Virus record (IMG/VR): IMGVR_UViG_3300036791_000264
Span: 32,001-96,000 of that record
Source: a virus
Strand: one strand, 5' to 3'
Length of the DNA: 64,000 nt
The notes beneath the pieces are model-generated. The model saw only the letters and a program-made list of their open reading frames with translations, made no database searches and was not told the origin of the DNA. The translations under genes and the position numbers were made by a program. Positions 19,893-28,946 of this stretch are shown here, piece by piece; position 1 is the first letter of the stretch, and every line of letters starts with the position of its first letter.

Positions 19893-20375
19893 CTACTCAA
19901 TGCTCCCCCAGCCTCCGCGTCCATACGGGTAAGCGTTCAGGACGGCGTTGATGTACCTCCCAGGACTCTCCACTCGCTTGAAGCGGTTCCAGATCCTGGG
20001 GGGCACATTTTCGTAATGCCAGGGAGTCCCGTCGCGAAAAATAACCTCCAGTTGTTGCCGATTGCGGGAATACCTGGCTTGCAGCGTCCGGGGCCTAGGA
20101 GGGTTGATCGTCCTCGTCGGCCAGTAGTAGTCCCAGGCCGGATCCGGTGTGGGGCCGAATGGGCCTTGTGTGCCGTGTGGCTCCTCGTCGGAAACCAGGG
20201 GGAAATCCTCAGGCCGCACGTACTGGGGGTGCAGCCTGAGCATGGCATTACGGGCGCGCTCCTCCCGTGCCTGGGAGTAGCTGTCGTAACCGCGGGCCTT
20301 CTCCCGTTCGTTGCGTACTGCGAAGTAGCTGATGCCCCTCCGGGTCGCCTCGCCCCGGATGGACTCTCTGGGCAT
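19893..20375 (-). CDS. KTSC domain protein
   Basis: 'YSRNRQQLEVIFRDGTPWHYENVPPRIWNRFKRVESPGRYIN'. Confidence 0.85.
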   Translation of the reverse strand: MPRESIRGEATRRGISYFAVRNEREKARGYDSYSQAREERARNAMLRLHPQYVRPEDFPLVSDEEPHGTQGPFGPTPDPAWDYYWPTRTINPPRPRTLQARYSRNRQQLEVIFRDGTPWHYENVPPRIWNRFKRVESPGRYINAVLNAYPYGRGGWGSIE

Positions 20376-20379
20376 GCTG

Positions 20380-20688
20380 CTAAGGGGCGGTCAGGCCAGG
20401 GATGGAGGGTCTCATGACCGGCACCTGTGCCCCAGCCGAGTTCAGCACGAATGCCTTCTGGTCGGTCCAGCCTCCGAAGGGGTCGACGGCATTGATCGTG
20501 ACCCAGTTGCCGGGGCTGGCAAGGCCGGGGTACGGCGGGATCGAGGTGGTCATGTTGATGAGGTCGGGGATCGGCCCCACGCCGGGGAATACAGAGTTCG
20601 GTACATAGGGAGTGCCAGGCGGGTTGGGAGCAGTCGGCATGCTGCCGCCGCCTTGTGCCGTCCAGGCCCTCCAGTCCGCTACGCCCAT
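20380..20688 (-). CDS. Pro-rich hypothetical protein
   Basis: SD AAGGA; operon packing. Confidence 0.55.
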   Translation of the reverse strand: MGVADWRAWTAQGGGSMPTAPNPPGTPYVPNSVFPGVGPIPDLINMTTSIPPYPGLASPGNWVTINAVDPFGGWTDQKAFVLNSAGAQVPVMRPSIPGLTAP

Positions 20689-20689
20689 G

Positions 20690-21031
20690 TCATCCTTCTT
20701 TCACTCGCATCACGGGGGTGCCCTTCATTTGGGCCAGTCTGGCTCGGACGAGGTAGAGATCCTGAAGCACCCCGTCGATGATGTCGATCTGCCGGCCTGG
20801 GTCGGTTTCCTCCACCATCTGGTTCAACTCGCCCAGGACGTTTCTTGTCCGCTGATCCCAGGACAACATCGGCACCTTGGGCTTGACGGCCCGTGCTTGA
20901 TGCTCCTGGTCGAAATGGGCCTGGACGTCGGTCTCGATGGAGGTGTTGCAGAGGTAACACCAGCCCTTGAGTACCTGGGTGTCAGACACGGGATCAAGCC
21001 TAGGTGGTCGGGGTGGCGCGACCTGGGGCAC
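20690..21031 (-). CDS. Hypothetical protein with a C2H2-like motif
   Basis: CYLC...HFDQEH. Confidence 0.55.
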   Translation of the reverse strand: MPQVAPPRPPRLDPVSDTQVLKGWCYLCNTSIETDVQAHFDQEHQARAVKPKVPMLSWDQRTRNVLGELNQMVEETDPGRQIDIIDGVLQDLYLVRARLAQMKGTPVMRVKEG

Positions 21032-21044
21032 TTAGGCTTGAGGC

Positions 21045-21314
21045 GTGTCCATCCCCTTCTCAACCAAGCAGTTTGAGAAAAAACCCAACCCGAAAATGCC
21101 CCGCACCACGGTGCGTTTAGACAAGCTCGACGCCACCCAGGGCAAGCTCGATCAGAAGAAGGTTCAGAGCATCGCTCAGAGGGGGGCTGACGATGGCACT
21201 GACCCGATAGTGGCCCCGTTCAAGGGCAGGTATCGAGTCCTCGACGGCCACCACCGAGTGGCCGGCGCCATGGAGCGCGGTGACACCAAGATCAAGGTCA
21301 AGAGGGTCAAGTGA
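21045..21314 (+). CDS. ParB/Srx-like protein with N-terminal FSTKQF tag
   Basis: 'PIV...YRVLDGHHRV'. Confidence 0.75.
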   Translation: MSIPFSTKQFEKKPNPKMPRTTVRLDKLDATQGKLDQKKVQSIAQRGADDGTDPIVAPFKGRYRVLDGHHRVAGAMERGDTKIKVKRVK

Positions 21315-21517
21315 AGAAGCCGCCCCCAGGCCGCACGCCTAGGGCCACGAACATCTCCAGCTTCTACGACGGCGCCAACGGTTCCCGTCACCCTGGTGAC
21401 TGGCCCACGCTGCTGCGTCGTTCCTGGGAGGAACGCTTCGGCCAGACCCAGCCCTACCCGCACGCGTCCGACAACATCGAGAGCCGCGGCGCCAGAGCCA
21501 GTCAGTACACGAGTTGA
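21311..21517 (+). CDS. Hypothetical protein
   Basis: Overlaps neighbouring genes at both ends. Confidence 0.55.
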   Translation: MKKPPPGRTPRATNISSFYDGANGSRHPGDWPTLLRRSWEERFGQTQPYPHASDNIESRGARASQYTS

Positions 21518-22035
21518 GCGTCGTCCTGGTCGCCATCGAGGGGGTGCTGGGGGAGAGCAGTGTCATCCACGGCTTCTATCCCATCCCGGACGGGGTCAAG
21601 CTGGCCCACGCTCTGCGCTCGGGCTACCGCCTGCACTTCAGCAGTGTCCAGGCCGGCGCGGAGGCGGTTGAACACTGGCTGCTGATCAACGGCATGAGCC
21701 AGCCGGCCTTCTACGAGAACTTGATAGTCAGGGACTCAAGATGGACCGATTTGTCCGATTCCATGCTCAGGGCAGAGCATGCCGCCCACCTGAGGCGCAC
21801 GGGGGTTGACCTGGGCTTGGTCGTGTCCGGAGACCCCGCCACCATCCTCCTGGTGAGCGAAATGGGGGTGCCGGCGCTGCTGTTCACCAACCCCACCTAT
21901 CGCTGGGGTGAGTACCGGCCCGACAAGAAGAGGATGCCCAAGCCCTGGCAGGACATCGATGACGAGATGGTCCGACAGATGGAGCTAAAGGCCGGTGATC
22001 CCCGGCTCAGGGAGTACGAGGGAGAGCAAGTATGA
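21514..22035 (+). CDS. HAD-like fold protein with degenerate motif I
   Basis: 'VLVAIEGVL...PIPDGVKL' resembles the DxDGVL HAD start. Confidence 0.55.
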   Translation: MSVVLVAIEGVLGESSVIHGFYPIPDGVKLAHALRSGYRLHFSSVQAGAEAVEHWLLINGMSQPAFYENLIVRDSRWTDLSDSMLRAEHAAHLRRTGVDLGLVVSGDPATILLVSEMGVPALLFTNPTYRWGEYRPDKKRMPKPWQDIDDEMVRQMELKAGDPRLREYEGEQV

Positions 22036-22268
22036 GCATGGAAGCCCTGTCCAACAAGCAGTTCAACACCGAGAAGTCGATGCTGTCCCAGGGCAACGAG
22101 GACGAGCTTGCCACCAGGGTCCGCGGCATCCAGAACCTGACCTCCAACGTCTTCCGGCCCGCCTTCTCCTCCGACTACACCAAGGTTCACTCGATGCCCT
22201 CTGGCACCCAGTTCGGTGAAAACCGCCAGATGTCAGAGGGCATGGCAGAGGGAGAGGAAGAGGAGTGA
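22032..22268 (+). CDS. Small protein with N-terminal ALSNKQF tag
   Basis: ATGA overlap. Confidence 0.65.
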   Translation: MSMEALSNKQFNTEKSMLSQGNEDELATRVRGIQNLTSNVFRPAFSSDYTKVHSMPSGTQFGENRQMSEGMAEGEEEE

Positions 22269-22271
22269 GTC

Positions 22272-23252
22272 ATGAGCGCGCTGGAGTCCCTTGGCGCCCA
22301 GTTCCACGGGTTCACGGGCGGGCCTGCTGAGGCCCACGCCATTGTCAACCCGCCACGACAGGATCGTGACCAGGAGTACTCGCTAGAACATGGGTGGCGC
22401 GACAAGCCGAAGGCTGAGCAGGGCAGGCTGTTCTCTCCTGAGTCGGTAGCTCGGCCTGAGGCCCACCAGCAGACTCCAGAGCGGTTCGCTGCTGATCCTC
22501 GGACGTGGTGGCATGGACGTGTCACAAAGGGCGGTCCTCAGGGCCGGCTGGGCGGCAGTGGCGTAGGTCGAGGGGAGGGCTTCCACGCCGGCACAGAGGG
22601 CGCCGCCCGCCAGCGCGTCACTCAGAACATCAAGCGTCGGGGCCTCAAGGAGGGCATGTCCGGTCACATGTATCCTCTGCGGATCACGGGACCGGTAGAG
22701 GGGCCAGAGAACTTGCAGCCCGACGTCAACGTCCATCGGGAGCTTGGTCCGCATCGGTATGGAGCCTGGGGTGGAGCATCCACCGGGGGTCGCTCTACGG
22801 GCTATCTCTACGAGAACAAAGTCGAAGGTGCCGGTTCGATCTCGGTCGGAGTGCCACAACGTAAGGGCTTTATGTCCACTCACCGGGAGATGGTCAAGTC
22901 CGCACAGCAGCGCGGTGAGAAGGTTCACCCCAACATCGCCTGGGCAGCCAAGACGGCCCCGGAACATACCGGGGAGAAGATCAAGGAGGTGCGTAGATAC
23001 AGCAGCACGCCGCCCCAGGGTCATCAACAGGGACTGCACGAACAGTTCCCTGAAGGCAATCGCATAGTGGATCAGGGTGGAACATACGATCCTCGCCGTA
23101 GGGAAGCCTTCATGGGGTTGCATCCCGAACCCACCAGGACGCACCGGACCAGCTACACCACCGAGTCCGGTCGACAGAAGGGCGTTTACGCCTTCAGTAC
23201 CGATCAGCCCGGTAGCGCTCTGCTGAGTAAGCAGTGGCAGCCAATGTCATGA
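22272..23252 (+). CDS. Putative ADP-ribosyltransferase-like (ART-PolyVal-like) protein
   Basis: 'WWHG...GFHAGTEGAARQR...MYPLRI...GYLYENKVEGAGSIS' pattern; N-terminal SLGAQF. Confidence 0.5.
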   Translation: MSALESLGAQFHGFTGGPAEAHAIVNPPRQDRDQEYSLEHGWRDKPKAEQGRLFSPESVARPEAHQQTPERFAADPRTWWHGRVTKGGPQGRLGGSGVGRGEGFHAGTEGAARQRVTQNIKRRGLKEGMSGHMYPLRITGPVEGPENLQPDVNVHRELGPHRYGAWGGASTGGRSTGYLYENKVEGAGSISVGVPQRKGFMSTHREMVKSAQQRGEKVHPNIAWAAKTAPEHTGEKIKEVRRYSSTPPQGHQQGLHEQFPEGNRIVDQGGTYDPRRREAFMGLHPEPTRTHRTSYTTESGRQKGVYAFSTDQPGSALLSKQWQPMS

Positions 23253-23647
23253 GTCACCGCGCCCTCAACTCGGAGCAGTTCCGGTCCTTCAAGGCTGACC
23301 CCGACGAACCCGGTGGTAGGGGGTACCACACTGTCGAGGTCTGGCATCCCGAACATGTCGGGACTGAGTGGGCACAGGCTCGCCCCCAGGAACGTGACCG
23401 GTACACAGGATCGAGTGCGGATCCTGGGCACCGTCCCATCGGCTCGATCTCATGGCACCACCGGACTGGTGAGATCCTTGGCATGCATGTGGTGCCCGAA
23501 CATCAACGCCAGGGCGTAGCGACGGCTATGCACCGTCACGCCCATGAACTCGCGGCCACGAGTGGCGTCGTTCATCCTGAACACTCCTCCTATCGCACCC
23601 CTGCTGGTGACGCCTGGGCACGTTCGACTGGGGAGCGGCTTCCATGA
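23249..23647 (+). CDS. GNAT-family acetyltransferase with ALNSEQF tag
   Basis: Acetyl-CoA motif 'VVPEHQRQGVATAM'; ATGA overlap. Confidence 0.8.
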   Translation: MSHRALNSEQFRSFKADPDEPGGRGYHTVEVWHPEHVGTEWAQARPQERDRYTGSSADPGHRPIGSISWHHRTGEILGMHVVPEHQRQGVATAMHRHAHELAATSGVVHPEHSSYRTPAGDAWARSTGERLP

Positions 23648-23994
23648 GCCAGCGCGCCCTAAATAACGAGCAGTTCGGGGACTACACCTTGGAGTACGCC
23701 AAGCCGGATATGTACATCCCTAGGCACCGTATTGTGGCGAGTAAGGAGGGGCAACGGGCCGGGGAGATGACCTGGCATCCCAAGACCCATGCTGTCACTG
23801 GCATCAATGTGGAGGAGGGTGAGCGTCGCCAGGGACTGGCTACGGCCATGTGGAAGATGGGCCAGAACGTGCGCCCTAAGCCGGTGCATTCCGCTGATCG
23901 CACCACCGCTGGGGAAGCCTGGGCCAAGTCGGTGGGAGGACGCTTGCCTCGTCGTAAGCCGGTGCTGGACCCGATCTCCAGGAGGGAAGTGTGA
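23644..23994 (+). CDS. GNAT-family acetyltransferase (paralog) with ALNNEQF tag
   Basis: 'VEEGERRQGLATAM...HSADRTTAGEAWAKS'. Confidence 0.8.
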   Translation: MSQRALNNEQFGDYTLEYAKPDMYIPRHRIVASKEGQRAGEMTWHPKTHAVTGINVEEGERRQGLATAMWKMGQNVRPKPVHSADRTTAGEAWAKSVGGRLPRRKPVLDPISRREV

Positions 23995-24122
23995 GCCGGC
24001 GCGCCCTGAGTCCGCAGCAGTTCGACCTCATGGTGACCAACGAGCGCGAGGTGGAACAGAAGAGGCGCGAGGATAGGGCTGGGATCCAGTGCCCAGAGGA
24101 CGAGGATAAGGATGAGCGTTGA
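23991..24122 (+). CDS. 43-aa peptide MSRRALSPQQFDLMV... (absent from the ORF track)
   Basis: GTGA overlap, SD GGAGG, carries the QF tag; translated by hand. Confidence 0.6.
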   Translation: MSRRALSPQQFDLMVTNEREVEQKRREDRAGIQCPEDEDKDER

Positions 24123-25539
24123 GCTTTACTTCGGTGGCGCAGAGGTGCCCACCTGGCGCAAGCTGCTGGCCCAGGAGCGCGTCCCCCACATCGGCATCAA
24201 CTACCTCCACCTGAAGGCTCGCCTGCCCCAGGAGAAGCCCTGGAGCCTGGCTCAGCACTTCCCTGAGGAAGCCAAGCTGTTCCTGGTGTCAGGCGCCTCA
24301 GGCACCGAGAAGAAGGGCTGGAGCCAGGATCAGCACGAGGCGTTCTTCGCCGGCTACTTCGACTTCGTCCGGGCCAACATTGAGCGGCTGGCCTACTTCA
24401 CCGAGTACGACCCCCTGGGCCTGGGCCTGGAGTGGGTGCTGGGCCAGCGCGAGGTCTGGGCGGGCCTGGCCGACGACAAGCTGGTGCCCATCTGGCACGA
24501 GACCTGGGGTGCGCCTCTGCTCAGGGACATGGTCGAGGCGCACCCCAATCTGGGGGTGCCTCCTGTCACGCCCAGGCTCCAGAACGTACTGGGGAGCCTG
24601 GTCAGGCGCACGAGGATTTCCCTGCACGGGCTGTCCTTCGGCCACCCCTATGATGCTCCTGGCGGTCTTTATCGCACCATTGTCTCCTCGTCGTGGATCT
24701 CCCCCACCCGCTTCGGGGAGACCGTGGTGTGGGATCAGAACCGCCTGCGGCGCTATCCCGCCGACGAGAAGGCCAAGATCCGCATCCGGCATGCCCAGCA
24801 CTTCACCCAGGCCGGCTTCGACGCGAAGAAGATCCAGGCTGACGACCGCAAGGAGGTGGCCCGGTACACCATCTGGGCTTGGCGGCAGATGGAGGAGTCC
24901 ATGGTGGGTCCAGGATCAACTCACGAAGGCAACGGGCGAGTCTCGGATAACGGCTCTGTGCCCGTCGATCTAGTTGGTCACGGTGCCGTGGAACGACACC
25001 AAAACGGTTCTGATGGCCGAGAGGTCATGCCGGTGTTCGGCTTCCGCCCGGTGACCTCCACGATCCCCAACCCGGACGGCGCCGGCACCGTCGAGGTGAC
25101 CAGCCAGGTGGCGGTAATGGGGCAGGCCAGCCTACGTAGCTGCAACTCCTGCTCCCTGGCCGTGGTGTGCCCGCTGCACGAGCCAGGCTCGGAGTGCAAG
25201 TACTCGATCCCGGTCGAGATCCGCAACCGTGATCAACTGTTGGGCATCCTGCACTCGCTCCTGGAGATGCAGGGCCAGCGCGTGGCCTTCGGCTTCTTCA
25301 CAGAGCAGCTTCAAGGGGGCTATCCCGACGCTAACCTGTCGATGGAGTTGGACCGGTTCATGAAGATGACCCAGTCGGTTAAGGACATCCAGGACAACCG
25401 GGACTTCTTGAAGGTGACGGTGGAGGGGCGTGCCCAGGCGGGAGTGTTATCCAGGCTGTTCGGAGCCGAGAGAGCCGAGTCGTTGCGTCGAGTCGATCCC
25501 GACAAGGCCGAGAACGCTGTCCGCAGAACGATGGAGTAA
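24112..25539 (+). CDS. Degenerate TGT/DpdA-like TIM barrel with a C-terminal Cys cluster
   Basis: 'LFLVSGA', 'VPIWH', 'LHGL', 'IVSSSW' in the order of the phage TGT-like DSGA/PVxH/HG/DSSSW motifs; CNSC...C...C. Confidence 0.55.
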   Translation: MSVELYFGGAEVPTWRKLLAQERVPHIGINYLHLKARLPQEKPWSLAQHFPEEAKLFLVSGASGTEKKGWSQDQHEAFFAGYFDFVRANIERLAYFTEYDPLGLGLEWVLGQREVWAGLADDKLVPIWHETWGAPLLRDMVEAHPNLGVPPVTPRLQNVLGSLVRRTRISLHGLSFGHPYDAPGGLYRTIVSSSWISPTRFGETVVWDQNRLRRYPADEKAKIRIRHAQHFTQAGFDAKKIQADDRKEVARYTIWAWRQMEESMVGPGSTHEGNGRVSDNGSVPVDLVGHGAVERHQNGSDGREVMPVFGFRPVTSTIPNPDGAGTVEVTSQVAVMGQASLRSCNSCSLAVVCPLHEPGSECKYSIPVEIRNRDQLLGILHSLLEMQGQRVAFGFFTEQLQGGYPDANLSMELDRFMKMTQSVKDIQDNRDFLKVTVEGRAQAGVLSRLFGAERAESLRRVDPDKAENAVRRTME

Positions 25540-25780
25540 GCGCGCCCTCTACTGGACCCTCTTCGTCATGGCTACGGCGGTGGTGGTGCTACTGGGACTC
25601 TGCCTGGGGATCCTCCTCGCCTTGATGACCTCCTAGGCGGGTCCATGAAGATCTGATCGGCGTGGTGCTTGGCCCGTGCGAACTGGCCCCAGCCGCCTCG
25701 CTCCTCCAGGTAGTCCACCCAGGCTTTCCACTCCCAGTGCCTGGCTCGCCACAGCCGCCATCTCCACCGTATTTTTTTCA

Positions 25781-26047
25781 CTAGTCAGGCAGCCTTTTGT
25801 TCTTGATTTTCTGAGACTCTACCGCTTTCTGGTGGAAGTAGTCGGCTATGTCGAGTTGCTGCTGGTACACGTCAGGGTCCATGTCATCGGCCATGAGATC
25901 GAGGACGGTCAGGATGGCGTTGGTGTAGGCATGCAGGGCACTGCTGGCGTAAACATCCTTGAGGCGGATAACCACAGCGTCATCCACAAGTTCTCCACTG
26001 ATCTTGTGGACAACGTACTTGGCTTGCTCTTCTTCGATCTGAGTCAT
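25781..26047 (-). CDS. Hypothetical protein
   Basis: Leaderless-type start MTQIEE; C-terminal KRLPD. Confidence 0.6.
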   Translation of the reverse strand: MTQIEEEQAKYVVHKISGELVDDAVVIRLKDVYASSALHAYTNAILTVLDLMADDMDPDVYQQQLDIADYFHQKAVESQKIKNKRLPD

Positions 26048-26117
26048 GGCGCCAGCCTGACAGGACGAGCCGGCGCGACAGGGGCCTGGGGGGAATCGCC
26101 TCCGGAGGTAATCCCCG

Positions 26118-27158
26118 GTGCCCACGGCTACCCAGGTGGCCGTCGTTACGCTCGGAGCTATGGCCGTGAAGATGATCCTCCAGGATGGGCCGCTCGCTGG
26201 GGAACAGCAGCTAGTCGAGAACCTCAACACCACCCCTGGGTACGAGATGCAGTTCAACATCCCGAACTACCAGACCTTCGACGCTGCTGGTGAGTCGGTG
26301 GTGGGCCAGGGCCTGGTGGCGGTCTACAGCTATCTGGGGCCTGGGCCGGCTCCAGGAGGAAGTGACACCTGGACGTCGTCCTCGATCTACGAGTTCACAG
26401 GTGAGTACTTCGTGCAGCCACCTGGGCCGGTGACGCCTCCTGGGCCATTGCCGCTGCCGCCCGCGGTGTTCCTGAACGCCTTGAGCGGTATGACGGTCAA
26501 TGCCGACGACCCAGCGGCGGGGGTCCAGCTTGTTGGCCTCGCCGGCATGACGGTCGACGCCACAACTACCTCAATCGGCTACGCCACTGTGGCTCTGTTG
26601 GCTGAGACCGTCATGAGCATTACCCGCCAGTCCTGGTCGAACGTGGTCAGCATGAGCGCCCAGACAACTCTGCAAGTGACAGGGTCTGGTCCGGTCAATG
26701 TTCTGACTGCGGAGGACACTTCGTTTGAGGGTGGCACCACAGGTGATTGGACCGCCGCACTCAACTGCACGATTGCCAACTCCACCGCTCAGGCTCAGGA
26801 CGGTACTCATTCATTAGCAATGACCGCTACCGCGGCTGGGAACATGATGGTGGCGCTCCCGCACGCGGTTTCTGGGATCTCGGTCATACCGGGCACGACG
26901 TACACCTTTCGATGTGGATTTTTCCCCGCCGCCCAGGTCAGATCAGTCGTCGCGTATATCCAGTGGTACAACGCTGCCGGTACCAACATAAATCAGTCAC
27001 AGGCAAGTGCTACTGAGGTGGCTGGGCAGTGGGTCTCTGTGAACGCCACAGGGGTAGCCCCAGCCGGGGCGGTAACGGTCGATTTACAGGCCATGGTCAG
27101 CAGTGCTGCGATCAACGGGGTCCACTACATCGATTTGATCGAGTTCTTCTCCCACTAA
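26118..27158 (+). CDS. Virion protein with a C-terminal CBM4/9-like jelly-roll
   Basis: 'NVLTAEDTSFEGGTTGDW...AQDGTHSL...PGTTYT...WY...APAGA'. Confidence 0.7.
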   Translation: MPTATQVAVVTLGAMAVKMILQDGPLAGEQQLVENLNTTPGYEMQFNIPNYQTFDAAGESVVGQGLVAVYSYLGPGPAPGGSDTWTSSSIYEFTGEYFVQPPGPVTPPGPLPLPPAVFLNALSGMTVNADDPAAGVQLVGLAGMTVDATTTSIGYATVALLAETVMSITRQSWSNVVSMSAQTTLQVTGSGPVNVLTAEDTSFEGGTTGDWTAALNCTIANSTAQAQDGTHSLAMTATAAGNMMVALPHAVSGISVIPGTTYTFRCGFFPAAQVRSVVAYIQWYNAAGTNINQSQASATEVAGQWVSVNATGVAPAGAVTVDLQAMVSSAAINGVHYIDLIEFFSH

Positions 27159-27172
27159 CCCTAAGGAAAAAC

Positions 27173-27400
27173 ATGAGCAGCTTGATTACCCTCCGGACCA
27201 CCGATGGCCGGGTCATCCATGGCATCAACTACACGGTCAACACCACCGGCCTGCCCACCGATCCAGTGAGGTTGGCTGCGGGTATGCCAGGTGGGTTGGC
27301 CTATGGCGTGTACCACGTCCAGACCCCTAGTGGCTGGCAGTACATCCCGGCCAGTCAGATCGCCGCTGTCCTGCAAACCAAGGCCGGCGCCCCCACATGA
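27173..27400 (+). CDS. Hypothetical protein
   Basis: SD AAGGA. Confidence 0.55.
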   Translation: MSSLITLRTTDGRVIHGINYTVNTTGLPTDPVRLAAGMPGGLAYGVYHVQTPSGWQYIPASQIAAVLQTKAGAPT

Positions 27401-28128
27401 GCGGCGAACACACCCATCCCACCCATGGTGTGGGACTGCTGGAGTCCTCAGATATTTTCCACCGAGTGATCAACGAGAAGGGGTCACAGCGCATAGGCAT
27501 CACGCCGTGGGAGCAGGAGCGTCTGCAACCGGCCAGCTATGAGATGGCGCTCGGATCCAAGTTCCGGGTGTTCAGCCCGGTGATGACCGAGATCGACCCG
27601 GAGTTCCCTGGGGACTACACCCAGTTGATCGACATCGATGACAACGAGCAGGAGTGGTACGACCAGGGTTACTACCTGCTCTTGCCAGGGGAGTTCATCC
27701 TGGGTAGCTCGGTGGAGACCTTCACCTTCCCATCCGATGTGGCAGGAGAACTCACCGGGAAATCATCCATCGGACGCCTGGGCCTCCAGGTACACGCCAC
27801 TGCTGGCTTCTTCGATCCCGGTTTCCGGGGTACGGCCACCCTGGAGATCTCCAACCTGGCTCGGGTACCGATCAGGTTGCGCTCTGGCCTGGTCATCGCT
27901 CAGATGCGCTTCGTCACCTTGTCCAGGCCCAGCGAGTGGGCCTACGGACACCCGTCGCGTCACTCCCACTACCAGGGTCAGAATGGCCCCACACCCAGCC
28001 GGCACGGCTCGCGACTGACCATCAAGAGGCCGGAAGAGGTTCCAGAGCAGATCGCAGAGCAGCTACAGATCCCCGGAGAAGACTGGTCGAAGTATGAGCG
28101 CCATGAATGGAGCGGGACTGGACATTAG
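27397..28128 (+). CDS. dcd: dCTP deaminase
   Basis: 'LQPASYE', 'GKSSIGRLGLQVHATAGFFDPGFRG..TLEISN', 'YQGQNGPTPSR'. Confidence 0.95.
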   Translation: MSGEHTHPTHGVGLLESSDIFHRVINEKGSQRIGITPWEQERLQPASYEMALGSKFRVFSPVMTEIDPEFPGDYTQLIDIDDNEQEWYDQGYYLLLPGEFILGSSVETFTFPSDVAGELTGKSSIGRLGLQVHATAGFFDPGFRGTATLEISNLARVPIRLRSGLVIAQMRFVTLSRPSEWAYGHPSRHSHYQGQNGPTPSRHGSRLTIKRPEEVPEQIAEQLQIPGEDWSKYERHEWSGTGH

Positions 28129-28513
28129 CTGCGGTTGCTACAGCGGCACCTGTGAGGCTTTCGACGCCCTGCGGATCATGCTGTCAATGTCAGCCGGCTA
28201 TGGCGTCCTGGATCATCGCCACCAGGGTGGCCCGGTGATGCCCGATCTCCCCTACTACACCTACAGCACTGATGACTTGCTCGGGGAGTGGCCCAATGGC
28301 GCCCCTGATGATCCCTTGATCATCCTCCTGGCTCACCACGAGCATGAGGGGCGGATCAAGCGGGAGCATGCCTCTTATCTGGCTGATCGCCTGGAGGAGC
28401 TAAGCGCGGTCCTCCTGGGGCACCCGGACATGCGTTGGGCACTGATGACCCAGCAGTTCGTGCGGGGCCTGCGCTACGCCGTGAGCAATCACATGGATGT
28501 TCAGTTCAACTAA
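28094..28513 (+). CDS. Hypothetical protein
   Basis: ORF within the operon. Confidence 0.6.
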   Translation: MSAMNGAGLDISCGCYSGTCEAFDALRIMLSMSAGYGVLDHRHQGGPVMPDLPYYTYSTDDLLGEWPNGAPDDPLIILLAHHEHEGRIKREHASYLADRLEELSAVLLGHPDMRWALMTQQFVRGLRYAVSNHMDVQFN

Positions 28514-28946
28514 TGTGCGGACCATGACTACCACTGAGGGCACTCTGGATGATGGATGGGACTTCGCCACTGATCCTCTCAATCCCCAGCCCTACATCTA
28601 CCCCGTTTGCCCTGACTGCAAGGAGGCGTGGGTCTACACCCGTTGCCTCAGCCTTTCTCGGGGCGGCTATTACTGGGCGTGGATGCGGCCTCAGCCGGTC
28701 ACGAAGGGGTGTCGTCACAAGGGCCACCCTCAGATGCAGAACGACAGAGAGAATCCCGGTGACTGACGAATACCACCAGAAGCTGGACGAGCATTCCTTC
28801 GTTCACCGCGTGGATCCCCTGCGAGATGCAGCCCGCAGGGCGGTGTCGGTCTGGCATCAGGAAGACAACCAAGAGAAGAACGATCTGAGTGAGGAGTTCT
28901 GGTCAGCTATGGGTGAGCTAGAGACAGTCCTGGAGTCGGTGAAGAG

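Noticed and set aside
26099-26108. CCTCCGGAGG palindrome (also near 55723 and 61572, variant at 48191) as a late-promoter element
   Set aside because: It is short and GC-rich, and one copy lies inside a CDS, so it cannot be separated from chance without statistics.
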